A stretch of DNA of 64,000 nt from NCBI GenBank assembly GCA_964016885.1, contig CAXHJY010000693.1:9295-73294 (forward strand). Direction: 5' to 3'. A program made the position numbers and the translations under genes. Of the stretch, positions 46,740 to 58,785 are shown piece by piece (the stretch's first letter is position 1; the number at the start of each line of letters is the position of its first letter). The notes beneath the pieces are model-generated. The model was not told where the DNA came from. It was given only the letters and a program-made list of their open reading frames with translations, and ran no database searches. Source of the stretch: Eledone cirrhosa. Taxonomy: Eukaryota.

Positions 46740-46988
46740 TCTGCCTTTGTTACTCTAAATATAGATTTTAAAGAGTTCCCTTTTCTTTAAACCCATCAAC
46801 CAATGACCTCCACCCATCCCAATCACCACCCTCTCCTAACACCAGAAAAGGGATAAATACCACCATATTACTTGGACAATCGGCTTCCTTATGATTTCTC
46901 CCGAATGAAACAGTTCTATATTAAATATTTATACTCAGCTATGTATTGAGTACCTTACTTACTGTGGTTACTCCTGATTGAACCTGCG
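46740..46988 (+). mobile_element. PLE-type terminal repeat with damaged U.U-family HHR
   Basis: gcttc CTTATGA tttctcccgaat GAAA cagttct. The downstream part is the reverse complement of 8565-8637. Confidence 0.7.
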
Positions 46989-46989
46989 A

Positions 46990-47480
46990 TTCTGTTTTTC
47001 TCTCTCTCTCTCTTACTGCTCCCTCGTTCTCTCTGTTTCTCCTACTTTCTTTCGCCCCCTCTGTCATGTCAGTTAACACTTTCTCTCTACTGACCTCTTC
47101 CTCACACTTCCACTCACTCACTCACTGTTTCTCCCCTTCTCACTTCACCCCGTTCGCGACGAATACAATTTCCTTCTTTCTTACATTTGGATTCATCTCG
47201 AAAGGTCTTTTTTCTACGCGCTCATATATTCACCCAGCTTATGCTGACAGAATAACTATGCAGCTTGTTCCCTTCCTATCTACGGTTAGCTTTCCTCTTT
47301 GTTGTTTACTTGTCTCACTCGCTTTACGCGTTTTAATTGTCCTAATAACTTAATTTAGTTATTATTGCACCAACGTGATGTATATGAATTTTAATGCAAT
47401 GAAATATCTATGATCGTTGGCAAATCACTGATGAGGGACTCATTTTATAACATGTTATCCATGTGCAACCTGCAGTATTC
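46990..47480 (+). mobile_element. Divergent homologue of the 7171-7956 retrozyme-like element
   Basis: Colinear blocks (cctcttcctcac..cactcactca, ttccttc..acattt, ggtcttt, ttgtttac) and the same scrambled HHR at 47338-47439. Confidence 0.75.
47338..47439 (+). ncRNA. Scrambled-order hammerhead, divergent and partly decayed copy
   Basis: GTCC TAATAACT taattt AGTTATTA TTGCA CCAACG tg ATGTA TA TGAATTT taa TGCAA T GAAA TATCT atgat CGTTGG CAAATCA CTGATGA G GGAC. Confidence 0.65.
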
Positions 47481-47496
47481 TTCTCCCCATTTTTTC

Positions 47497-47541
<45 letters not shown>

Positions 47542-47547
47542 TAATAA

Positions 47548-48395
47548 ATAATAAAGAATTCATATCTAGTAACATATATATACATACAGATGCATATCAA
47601 TTCTAGCAAATATATAGGTTTTGTCTTAATAACATTGTGGTTCAATGCATGGGGTTGCAGAACAATAATATAAGAGACGTAAAATAAGAAAATTATAAAA
47701 TTAACTTACTTACTAAACTATCACTTCCAACTAATTAGTTTCTGGAATGGAGTAAATATATTTTCCGAAGAAGATATTGAGAAGCATTCCATCGTCAGGA
47801 AAGTCTATTCTCATGTAAGTTTCCAGGCAAAGCGAGGACTCTGGAAACTTATTAAAAAATAATTCAGTGGATAGGAAATAGCAAAGCGTGGACTGAATTC
47901 CTAGCCATTGAGAAAATCACTGCCTCTGCGTCTGTGGCAAATTCAAAAAGAATCGAACACGTGACATCGAGGTCAATCAGTGGAAAGTGGTTTGCTAATA
48001 AGACAGCGGCCTGCCTACAACCGTAGCAGCAGTCATGGCCAATATTGCTCGACAAATAATTTGGAGATAATAATAAAGAATTCATATCTAGTAACATATA
48101 TATACATACAGATGCATATCAATGCTAGCAAATATATAGGTTTTGTCTTAATAACATTGTGGTTCAATGCATGGGGTTGCAGAACAATAATATAAGAGAC
48201 GTAAAATAAGAAAATTATAAAATTTATAATTTTCTTATTTTACGTCTCTTATATTATTGTTCTGCAACCCCATGCATTGAACCACAATGTTATTAAGACA
48301 AAACCTATATATTTGCTAGCATTGATATGCATCTGTATGTATATATATATGTTACTAGATATGCCTCTGTATGTATATATATATGTTACTAGATA
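47548..48395. repeat. ~150-bp direct repeat (47548-47701, 48070-48222) whose second copy is half of a long palindrome centred near 48222
   Basis: Directly visible. Confidence 0.9.
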
Positions 48396-49189
48396 TGAAA
48401 AAGCGAAAAAAAAATGGGAAACAACAAACCGAAGAGTGTGCGAGCAACTATCTATCTACGTGCGTAAATATACTTTTACCTGTTCCAGCCATCCGGCTGA
48501 GGCCATGCATGGATGGATGGATCATTGCAGGAGTGCCATAGTGGACATACAGCATGCCTGAATATTTCAAACCTGGCGGAATGCATCTCTTTCTACGGAA
48601 AACCTATGATTCGATTTATAGCTCAACAAAAAGCAAGTTTTCCTGATAAGACAGGTTTGCGGTCGATCCCGCAACAGTCGAGACTTCTAGTGACCTTGGT
48701 TCTAGAACCACCTCCCTACTCACCACCATCGGCACAGAGTTCGCTACCCGCAAGTGAGAGCCTCGTGTGGCTCTTCTTATGCATATCTCTTATCATCCTA
48801 CAGGGAAACGCCTTCTCTTTTCTGCCCGCCGGGGCCGCTCGGCGACCAAGGCATGGGCTCCTGTTTGTTTATAATAGTGAGCGATGGGGAGAGTGACAGA
48901 GACGGAGGCAGTAAGTTAAAGAGAGAGAGAGAGAGAGAGAACACAGGCACTTGATAAGACAGGTAGACTGCTAATTAACCAGTGATCCATATGTTGCTAT
49001 AAGTGTAGAATCACCAGAGCCGGAGAAATACCCAGTTGGCCATTGTTGGATTGATGGAGTTACATAGAAGCTCCGTAACCTCAACATGAAACTACCCCAG
49101 TTTTCACACCTCACCGTACATCATCAACTTCATTTCCCAAAGAATCCTTACCGCTAGAAACGTCGGCGAAAACAAAATAAATTTATAGA

Positions 49190-50140
49190 TATATTTGGGG
49201 AAGATCATGTTGTCCTAACATTGTCAAAAATAATGGTTTAGGCACAAGGCCAGCAATTTGAAGGGCAGTTGAAAGTCGATTAAATCGACCCCAGTATGTT
49301 ACTGGTACTTTATTTTATCGACTCCATAAGGATGAAAGGCAGAGTTAACCTCGGCAGGATTTGAACTCATGTCGGAAAGGGCCATAACCCTATTCCATAA
49401 AGCATGTAGTCCGACGCTCTAACCACACTGCTAATCCACCGCCCTGGCATTGCCAAAAGCAATAATTGTTTCTACTTTTGGGACAAGGCCAGCAATTATC
49501 CCAGTGCATTACTGGTACTTTATTTTATCGACCCCGTAAGGATGAAAGACAAAGTTAACCTCGGCGGGATTTGAACTCATATCATAAAGGGCCGTAACTC
49601 AGATCATAAAGGGCCAAAAGTAATAATAAAACACACTCACTGTTTGGTTTGGATTTTTGCTTCAGTTCAGTACATCTTTATAAATGTTTTAGATGTCAAT
49701 CAATGTTTATCATTGATTGACCAACCGAGGGGAAATCACTGAAGATGTCACAGAGTAATATGTGTGATGAAAGAAGTTTGAGAAACTTTGAGAAATTATA
49801 TTTACATTAATAATCTTAACTGTTGGTCAATCAATGATAAACATTGATTGTCAGCTAAATTACTTATTATAAATATATACTGAACTGAAGCAAAAAAACA
49901 AACAAACCAAACAGTGAGTGTGTTTTATTATTGTGGATTGGCAGTATCGGTAGAGAAAAAGATGCCATGTTTTTCAGCATAGAGTTACGGCCCTTTACGA
50001 GTTCAAATCCCGCCGAGGTTAACTTTGTCTTTCATCCTTACGTACCAGTTATGTACTGAGTAATTGCTGGCCTTGTGCCAAAAGTAGAAACAATTATTAT
50101 TATTGGCAATATTAGGACAACATGACCCTCCCCAAATATA
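49190..50140. mobile_element. Foldback element of the 16310 family with SINE A copies in both arms and a central HHR-like motif (49735-49782)
   Basis: Inner arms 49620-49730 and 49815-49932, outer arms 49190-49225 and 50100-50140. ATCA CTGAAGA tGTCACA..TGTGAT GAAA gaag TT TGA. Confidence 0.75.
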
Positions 50141-50725
50141 ACAATATGACCTTCCCCAAATATAACAACATGACCCTCCCCAAATATAACAATATGACCC
50201 TCCCCAAATATAACAATATGACCTTCCCCAAATATAACAACATGACCCTCCCCAAATATAACAATATGACCCTCCCCAAATATAACAACATGACCCTCCC
50301 CAAATATAACAACATGACCCTCCCCAAATATAACAATATGACCTTCCCCAAATATAACAACATGACCCTCCCCAAATATAACAATATGACCCTCCCCAAA
50401 TATAACAACATGACCCTCCCCAAATATAACAATATGACCCTCCCCAAATATAACAATATGACCTTCCCCAAATATAACAATATGACCCTCCCCAAATATA
50501 ACAACATCACCCTCCCCAAATATAACAATATGACCCTCCCCAAATATAACAACATGACCCTCCCCAAATATAACAACATGACCCTTCCCAAATATAACAA
50601 CATGACGCTCCCCAAATATAACAACATGACCCTCCCCAAATATAACAACATGACCCTCCCCAAATATAATAATATGACCCTCCCCAAATATAACAACATG
50701 ACCCTCCCCAAATATAACAATATAA
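50118..50725. repeat. 24-bp minisatellite, about 25 copies
   Basis: Unit tataacaa(c/t)atgacc(c/t)tccccaaa. Confidence 0.97.
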
Positions 50726-50727
50726 CA

Positions 50728-50882
50728 GTAATGCAATTATCCCAGTGCATTACTGGTACTTTATTTTATCGACCCTGTAAGGATGGAAGGCAAAGTTACC
50801 TCGGCGGTAATTGAACTCAGACCATAAAGAGGCGTAACTATGCTACAAAGCATGGCGTCCAACCCTCTACTGATACTGCCAA
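50728..50882 (-). mobile_element. SINE family A
   Basis: Consensus match. Confidence 0.85.
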
Positions 50883-50959
50883 TGTAAAGTAGTTCTTAAG
50901 ACATATTCCCCGTTGTTTCCATAGCAACTTCATCACTGTAAGCCTATTATAAATATTTC

Positions 50960-52075
50960 ACTAGACATGAAAAATGCGCAAGCTCAAAAGTGCCACAGAA
51001 TGTTATAATAAACCTTCAAAAGTGTGGGACTAGAGTTGTTGCTAAAAAATATTGTAATCATTATATATCGTACATTCTGTGGCATCCTTTATAAAAATAG
51101 CTTAAACCAACGAAGCCTTTATTTTTACGCTATTTCACTTAGTTAATTCTTAGAGTGTAACATATAAAAATATGATTTACAACTATAAAATAAATTAATT
51201 AATATAATAACAGAGCTGCGGAGCTGAAATTTAGGAAATAATGGAGTATCGGATCCTGAGTTGGAGCCAGTCAATTTTTGGCCGACTCCGCAGCCCTGTA
51301 TAATACATTTCATATTAAAGTTATTAATAAACCTATTTTACACTTCATGCAAATTACCACGAGATATTGATATTAGATATAAGATACAGCGCAATATCTA
51401 CAGCTGTAAAAGTACGAAAGCGAAGTAATAATAAGTGGCTTAAGGTAATTCCAATATGAAAGTTTGTAGTGATAAAAATTTGATAATGCAATACGATTGT
51501 TAATATTATAGTTCTATGAAAATGTAACAATAGATAACTAAATTATTTTACTATTAGTATATTTAAGAAATTATCATTATAGATTTGATCGTTCATATAA
51601 GCATCATATTAAGTTTCAACACAATTATTTTGTTACTATGAGTATATGATAATAATATTACGTAATTATTTATAGCTGTTATTACATTAAACATAGATGT
51701 ATTTATTTTTATATGTTACACTCTAAGAATTAACTAAGTGAAATAGCGTAAAAATAAAGGCTTCGTTGGTTTAAGCTATTTTTATAAAGGATGCCACAGA
51801 ATGTACGATATATAATGATTACAATATTTTTTAGCAACAACTCTAGTCCCACACTTTTGAAGGTTTATTATAACATTCTGTGGCACTTTTGAGCTTGCGC
51901 ATTTTTCATGTCTAGTTTAATATTTTTTTAAGGCAACGCTTGTAATAACTCTAGTTAAACAGGATATATATTAATAATAAATTATCGTTGTAATGTAATT
52001 AGATTATGTAATTGTTATTATAAATTATCTTATAAATATTAGTGTAAGATGTATAAAAATATTTTCAGACTTTTA
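50960..52075. repeat. Foldback repeat (arms 50960-51170 and 51705-51917), same family as 36552-37340
   Basis: Near-perfect ~210-bp inverted arms and a shared downstream AT-rich segment. Confidence 0.88.
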
Positions 52076-53033
52076 ATATAAACAACTACAAAAAACAATC
52101 AATATTAAATCAATATATTATACATAATAGAAAACATAAAATATACAATACAAAAACAAAATATTTACATACAATTGCAATTATCAGTGTATATACATTT
52201 TCTTTATATTCCCTGAGCAAATTAATAAGATTTGTTTTTATTGTACATAATTTGATGACTTGTTGGAGTGTATTAAAAGATAGCAACAATTTGTGATTAA
52301 ATTGTTATCTTAAGCAACTCACTTTTTAATAGTTGTTGGCTGAGCGAAATTGTAAAAGCCTATGAGCAAATATAAAAAAAAATACACAAACAACATTTCC
52401 TTGTGTTATTACAACATTAGATAAAATAATTGAGCAATGTCGTTATATTTTGCTCTTATTGCACATTAATAGTGTTTCTATTTTTCGGCACAAATCCATT
52501 ACGGCAGTCCATTACTGGTACTTTATTTTATCGAATTAGTAAGTATGAAAGTCGAAGTTAACCTCGGCAGGATTTGAACTTAGAATGCAAAGGACCATAA
52601 CAATACTGCAAAGCATGGTGTCTGACGCTCTACCAATACTTGTGTTGAGCTGGTCATTAATTTATGGTGGTCGTGCGTGGAGTAGAGCAATCGCTAGTTG
52701 AAATATTATGAACAAAACATTTTTATTTGCCGAAGAACATATTTTCAATACTGTTTGTGAATGTGACGAAGGAAATACATTCTGATATGGAACAGTGTAC
52801 AAAGTGTGTCTGTGAATAACATAATGTTACCTCATGTTGTTGTCAAGACATAATGGATTTCGTATATCCAGTTAGAAGATGAAACCTAGCCATCTCGGAT
52901 TAGTTATATTTCATGCCATGTGTAAACGTGTTTGAGGATAGCAAAATATGCGCGTTAATTATAATAATTAGTTAATAATATTACAAAATATACCTAATTA
53001 AACTCTTTGCTTGAAATTTTATCATTCTTCGTT

Positions 53034-53068
<35 letters not shown>

Positions 53069-54796
53069 GGAGAGAGAGAGAGATTTATCTAGTCCTTCGC
53101 TCAAGATTAATCTATAAGTTTAGATGTTTGCCTTCGTTTAAGTAAATATTACAGTAAGATTTTTAATATAAACAACTACAAAAAACAATTAATATTAAAA
53201 CGAAAAAATTATCAATGATAAAAGAAGCGGATGCAACTTTTTTTTTTATAAAGTTATATTCCTGTTTCTTTAAAGAACATTTCATTTTTGTTCTATTGTA
53301 GGCGAAATAATGCAATGGTTTAATAGGGAAGATATAACTTACGAATTATGTCTCTAACCGTGTAACGCTTTTTAAGTAGATAACTACAATTGAAAATACT
53401 AAAGAAATGGAACCAACAATTCAATTTGAAAGTCGTCTAGTGACAGTGTATTACTGGTACTTTATTTTATCGACCCCGTAACGATGAAAGGCAAAAATGC
53501 AAATGCTTAAAATTTAAATTGCCTTAATTCTATCGTCTGCTGTTTCATTAAAGGGAGATTCTCGTCTGTATTTAATTCTATCGTCTACTGTTCCACTAAA
53601 CAGATATACCTCCACTATCGTCTCTATTTATACATTTTAACTTATAACTTATACACATTTGATTTGAAATATTTTATCTAGTCCCCCCTCTCAATATTAT
53701 GATGATTTCTTTCGAATGAAACAGTTCTAGTCCTGTAGAAGCCATTTATATATATAATTGAACCGAGTTAAAAATTCACAATATTTATAATTAAATAAGC
53801 TCATATATATATGTGTGTATTTATCTGTTTATTGTATTATATATAATGTGTGTATATACAGGATGTCCCCCAAAAATATATACACACTTCAACAGCATTC
53901 TAATAACTATTGCCTGTACAGGTAATCAAAGTGTCAATCGAATGTTAGTTTCGTGTTTTAACAGTACAAATTTACAATACACACATAAAACCAGTGTATA
54001 TACATACATGAGTGTGTATACACATACATGAATGTGTATATACAATATATATGTATATATATAGACACATATATTCACGGTGCAACGGTACATTAAAATA
54101 TAGATGCGGGAGAGGGGGGGTGTATATATAGGGGCGCTGGGGATAAAGGAGTGTAAAGCGTGTGTAATTGATATATTGAAGGAGAGGAGCGTGCAGCGAT
54201 AGAGTAACAAATATATAGAGAGGGGGTGAGATGGTATTGAAGGGGAGGAGTGCAAAGCGAAAGAGTAAGAGATATATATAGAGACGGAACAGATAGAGAG
54301 AAACAGGCGTAAGTAACAGTGGAAGAGATATAGAGAGAGGTACTCTGATTGGTTGAAAATTAGCCAATGACATACGATCACCACCACCACGGCTATCCCC
54401 GAAAAATTTTTAAAGAAGCTAGGCATATATGTTAGAACACGAAAAGTGAACATTCTGTTGTTTCACACTTTTCGTGTTCTAACAGATAAAACATTACTAT
54501 ATGAACCGTTATTTTCTCGAATTTTACCAAATCAAAATCTCACATCGATTTATACTTTATAACGAGTAGAACAAAGAATAATGAATTCTCTTTAAAACTT
54601 TCTTCCATATTTTCAGTCTTAACTTTTTTATTTTAATTAATTTTTAATATTTTTATTGTATTCTGAATTAAATATTTGTTGATGACTTATGCGACTGCTT
54701 TGGTTTTCTAAAATCTTCGAAACAATTTATATAAATTTATTTTTTATATTTTTAAGTCAGAATTTATATAGAGCCTATGTATGTATGTATGTATGT

Positions 54797-57700
54797 TATC
54801 TCTTTCTCTTAATTTCGAGTATATTTTTTTTGACCGGCCACCTTCCTGGTGGCAAGGTTGTAAAAGAAAAGAAATTGTCATCCCTTGAATCGCAAGAATG
54901 TTTTGCAAATTTTGAAGGTGCCAGCTATCGCAGCCATTTGTAGACTATGAATTAGGGAGCTGCGCTTTTTGTCCGCAAATCCAAGTTCAGTCATACTTTG
55001 GTCCAAGCGGGTTGGTATATAACCCGTAGCTCCAATAATGATGGGTATGAAGCTAAAGGTGTATCTTGGATACTGGATTTGTAAACTCCTCATCAATGGT
55101 CCGTAGATGTCCTCCTTCTCCTGTATTTTTCTGACAACGTTTACATCAAGTGGGCAGCTGATCTCCACAACAGAACACGTTTTCAATATGTGGTCCCAAA
55201 CAACAATATCAGGCCGGTTGTGCTTTAATTTGGTGGCAGTTTTTATTTTCAGGTTCCACCAGTATTCCTTAGTGCCATCTGTCTCAATATATTCTTCCTC
55301 GTTTGTTGTTAATTTTGTTTTCCGAAGTGTGTTCCAGATGGTTCTAGCTATCCCATCGTGTCTCATGGGGAGGTAGTAGCGAGATGACATTCTTTCGCAA
55401 CTGGCAACAATGTGGCTTACATCCTTGATCTTTGTTTTACATAGCCTACATTTATTGTCAGCTGCTGGCCCTCCTCTTTTGTGCAGCAGATATTTGGTAG
55501 GGAGTTCTTGTTCCTGTATTGCATAGAGATATCCCTCAAGGTGTGATGTCATAAACTTGTCGGAACTCCATGCCAGGCTTTTTGAGTGGTTTATCCCTCT
55601 ATGGTCTGTGTTTTACTCCTCAAGTATCCATGCACAACTTTTTCTGTAAATTGGTCAATTTCTTTCATCTTGTTTGAACATTGAATAGGATCTTCCGATT
55701 TCTCTGGGTGAGAGATTTATATCAGGCTTTATTCCATATCTCTCCTCCAGATCAGTCGCTATTCTAATGATATTTTTTTTTTTCATGCTTTTTCATGCCA
55801 ACCTTTTTCCTCTGTTGAAGGTGTTGCTTCAGTGCTACTATCCGGGTCTCATATGTTGTTAATATTGATTTTAGACCCCGGCCACCTTCCTTGCGTGAAA
55901 AGTATAGCCTATCCACATCACCATTGATGTTAAAGTTCCCAGTAACACTGAGAAGTTTTCGAGTTCTAACATCCATCTCACTTAAGCAGGCCAAATGTTG
56001 GCGTTAGAATTGGCACAGCATAAGTATTGTGAGCAATGTATTTGTTGTACGCTGACAGTTCTGATGACCATATTTTCTTCACTCTTCTGAGGTATTCAGG
56101 TCTGATTCTCTCCTTATTTATGGGTCCATCATATGTGACATTCTCATCCTGTCCAATATATCTGTAGTTGTCACCTGACTGTAGAGGTTGTATTGTCAGG
56201 CCGTTCATCTCTAGATTTTTAGAGGAGGGCACAGCTCTTCCACGTTTTACTGCCAAATATGCACACTTGGACTCACCAAATTTCATTTTGATGTCGGTTG
56301 AAAATTGTGTAATGAGGTCCAGTTGTTTCTTGATGTCATTGATATTTGGCCCATACAACTTCAGGCCATCAACAAAGAAAAGATGGGAGATACTTCTGGG
56401 CCCACTTCTTTGTTCATCTTGTTTCCTGAGTAGGTAAGATAGTGGATTCAGTGAGAGAACGAAGAGTAGCACTGACAAGCTATCACCCTGAAAGATGCCC
56501 TTCTGGTAATGTATCTTATCAGTCTTAACTTGCTCCTTCTCACCTCTAAGGATCAAATTGGTGTACCAGTTCTTGGTCAGGCGTTCAACAGCAGCTACCA
56601 ATGGTTGTGGGACTTTAGCTAACTGTAAAGCCTTAATAATCCACCCATAAGGTACACTATCAAATGCTTTTTGATAGTCCAGCCACACCACAGTTATGTT
56701 TCTGCGATTCTTTGTTGTTTTTTCCTGAATCATTTTGTTAGTTAGTAGGTGATCTACGCAACCCCACACCTCCCTCTTTCCACCAGCTTGTTCAGGTGTT
56801 ATGATGTTGTTGGTAGCACAGTGATCCTGTAAGAACAGGTTAAGGCACCCAGTATATAATTTATACATGATGTTTTGGCAGGCTATTGGGCGGTAATTTT
56901 AGCAAGGGTGGTTTGGCTATTTTGGGGAATGAGGAGAGTAGTGGCAGTTGATAACTATCTGGATAATTCTTGTGTGCCTTTAATGGTTTCTGTAAACAGC
57001 CGTATGAGATCTTGCCGATAGAAAGTGAAATTCTTCAACCAGTATCCTGTAATGAGGTCTGGGCCTGGCGATTTCCTATTCGACATTTTCTGTAGAGCTG
57101 TTTCCAGTATTGACCCATCTATGTCATATTATTTTGTCTGGACATGTTGGCAGTAGTCCTGTTCCAGTTCTTTTAGCCAATTAGTTTGTCTGTTGAATCC
57201 GTCATCCGTTTCCCATACAGATCTCCAGTAGCTCTCAACCTGTTCTTTTGAAGGGGTGTCGTTTACAGGGATTGAGCTTTTGCCACCGAAGCTGCGATAA
57301 ACTGATTTAGGATCTCTGGCAAACAATCTATTTAGCACTTGTCGTTTATGTGCTGTTGACTTATATTTTAGTCTTTCTGTTGTAGCTGTGAGTTGTTGTT
57401 TCAACTGGTGTAATTTGGAGTTCAAAGTTTTAAATTTTGTATCTCCAAATCGTCTCTCTAACTTTTTTTAGGTCTTCCTGGTGTCGTGTGAAGTTGCTTT
57501 CTATGTTGCATTTCATAACGACTGCGATGTGTGAGATACTTCGTCTCAGAGACAACATTTTTTTTTTTTTATTTCGCAGCCACGCTGGTTCAGGCTTTCT
57601 GTTTGTATCTTGATTGCGTGGTTTTAGATGTGTGTTATATGATAGCAATGCGACAGCTGAAACATATAACAAAACATTAAGCGTTTCAAATGTCGTTTCT

Positions 57701-58400
57701 ACACCTTTAGATCGTATAGCCTTCAGATAATTGCCAGCTATTTCGTTCACCGCTTCCAATTCCAATTTAGTGGGTTCTTTACTGATTCTGGTGTTGTATG
57801 GTCTGTCACTCACATTAAGGCTGTGTATCTCTTGAAACATATCGTTCCATATCACTTGTAGGGTGTCCACAAGTTTTTGGTGCTCTGTTTGTTCAGTAGA
57901 GTCATGAATTTCAGCCTCGTTGTTGATGTGGTGACAATTACTACTAGAGTTAGCTGACCTTTCTCGCTGTTCTTCAGTGGAAGTGGGATGGATTTCAGCA
58001 AAATTGTTGGTGAGCTGTTCACTGTTAGATTTAGCTGGCCATTCTCTTTGTCTGTCAGTGGAGGTGGGGTGGTTGTCTACAAGGGCTGTATTTGTAGTAT
58101 CACTCAATTCCGTTAGATGTATCAATTTACATCTAATGATACGTTTTGCCTGTTCATTTAAATGCTTTGGAGAAAAGTCTAATTCTGGGTGTTTGGAGTT
58201 CCATAAAGTTTTTAGCCTTTGCATAAAACCTAACTTTTGGGGTTCAGATTGTTTGTATGCTTCATATAATACTTTGTTAAGCTCGTAGCCCCACTGTATA
58301 CAACGGATGTAGTTGCGATTTGGTCGAAGGAGACTTGTACTTTTTGCCATGATGAGTTCGTCTATTCACTAATATTTCGTATTTAATTTTCAAAATAGTC
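54797..58400 (-). mobile_element. Degenerate R4/Dong-like RT+RLE retrotransposon (second family), 3' end abutting (CATA)n
   Basis: N-terminal GFMQRLKTLW..HLNEQAKRI; RT DYQKAFDS, GIFQGDSLS, FFVDG (broken DD); RKEGGRGL; CRLC..HIVASC, RHD, RPDIVV, IIIGATG. Multiple frameshifts. Confidence 0.9.
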
Positions 58401-58785
58401 GATGATCTTCTTTAAAAGTTTCAACAAAGTTCTGTCAGAATCAAATTTAAAGTTATTCACAGCTTGGGTAATATTTCTTTTCAGTTAGTTTTTAATCCTA
58501 CAACTGTGTTTTAAACGGTGTTCTTGAATCGTTTGAATCGAGAACAAAAAGAACCGTTACTTAGTATATTTCTTTATGAATGTAATATAATATAACAACG
58601 CTGTATTTATACGTTAAAGTTTATGTATCATTCATATAAATAGGTGTTCTACAACTTATTCACAACATATTCACAGTTCAAACACTTATGTGTTTGTTTC
58701 TGAATCGAAAACGTTACTTGTATATTTCTTTATAAATGTAATATAACAACGTTGCATTTATATGTTAAAGTGTATGTATCGTTAA

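Noticed and set aside
50038-50814. Three overlapping repeat-protein ORFs or a CRISPR-like array
   Set aside because: Head-to-tail 24-bp repeat with no unique spacers and no cas genes, in a eukaryotic context.
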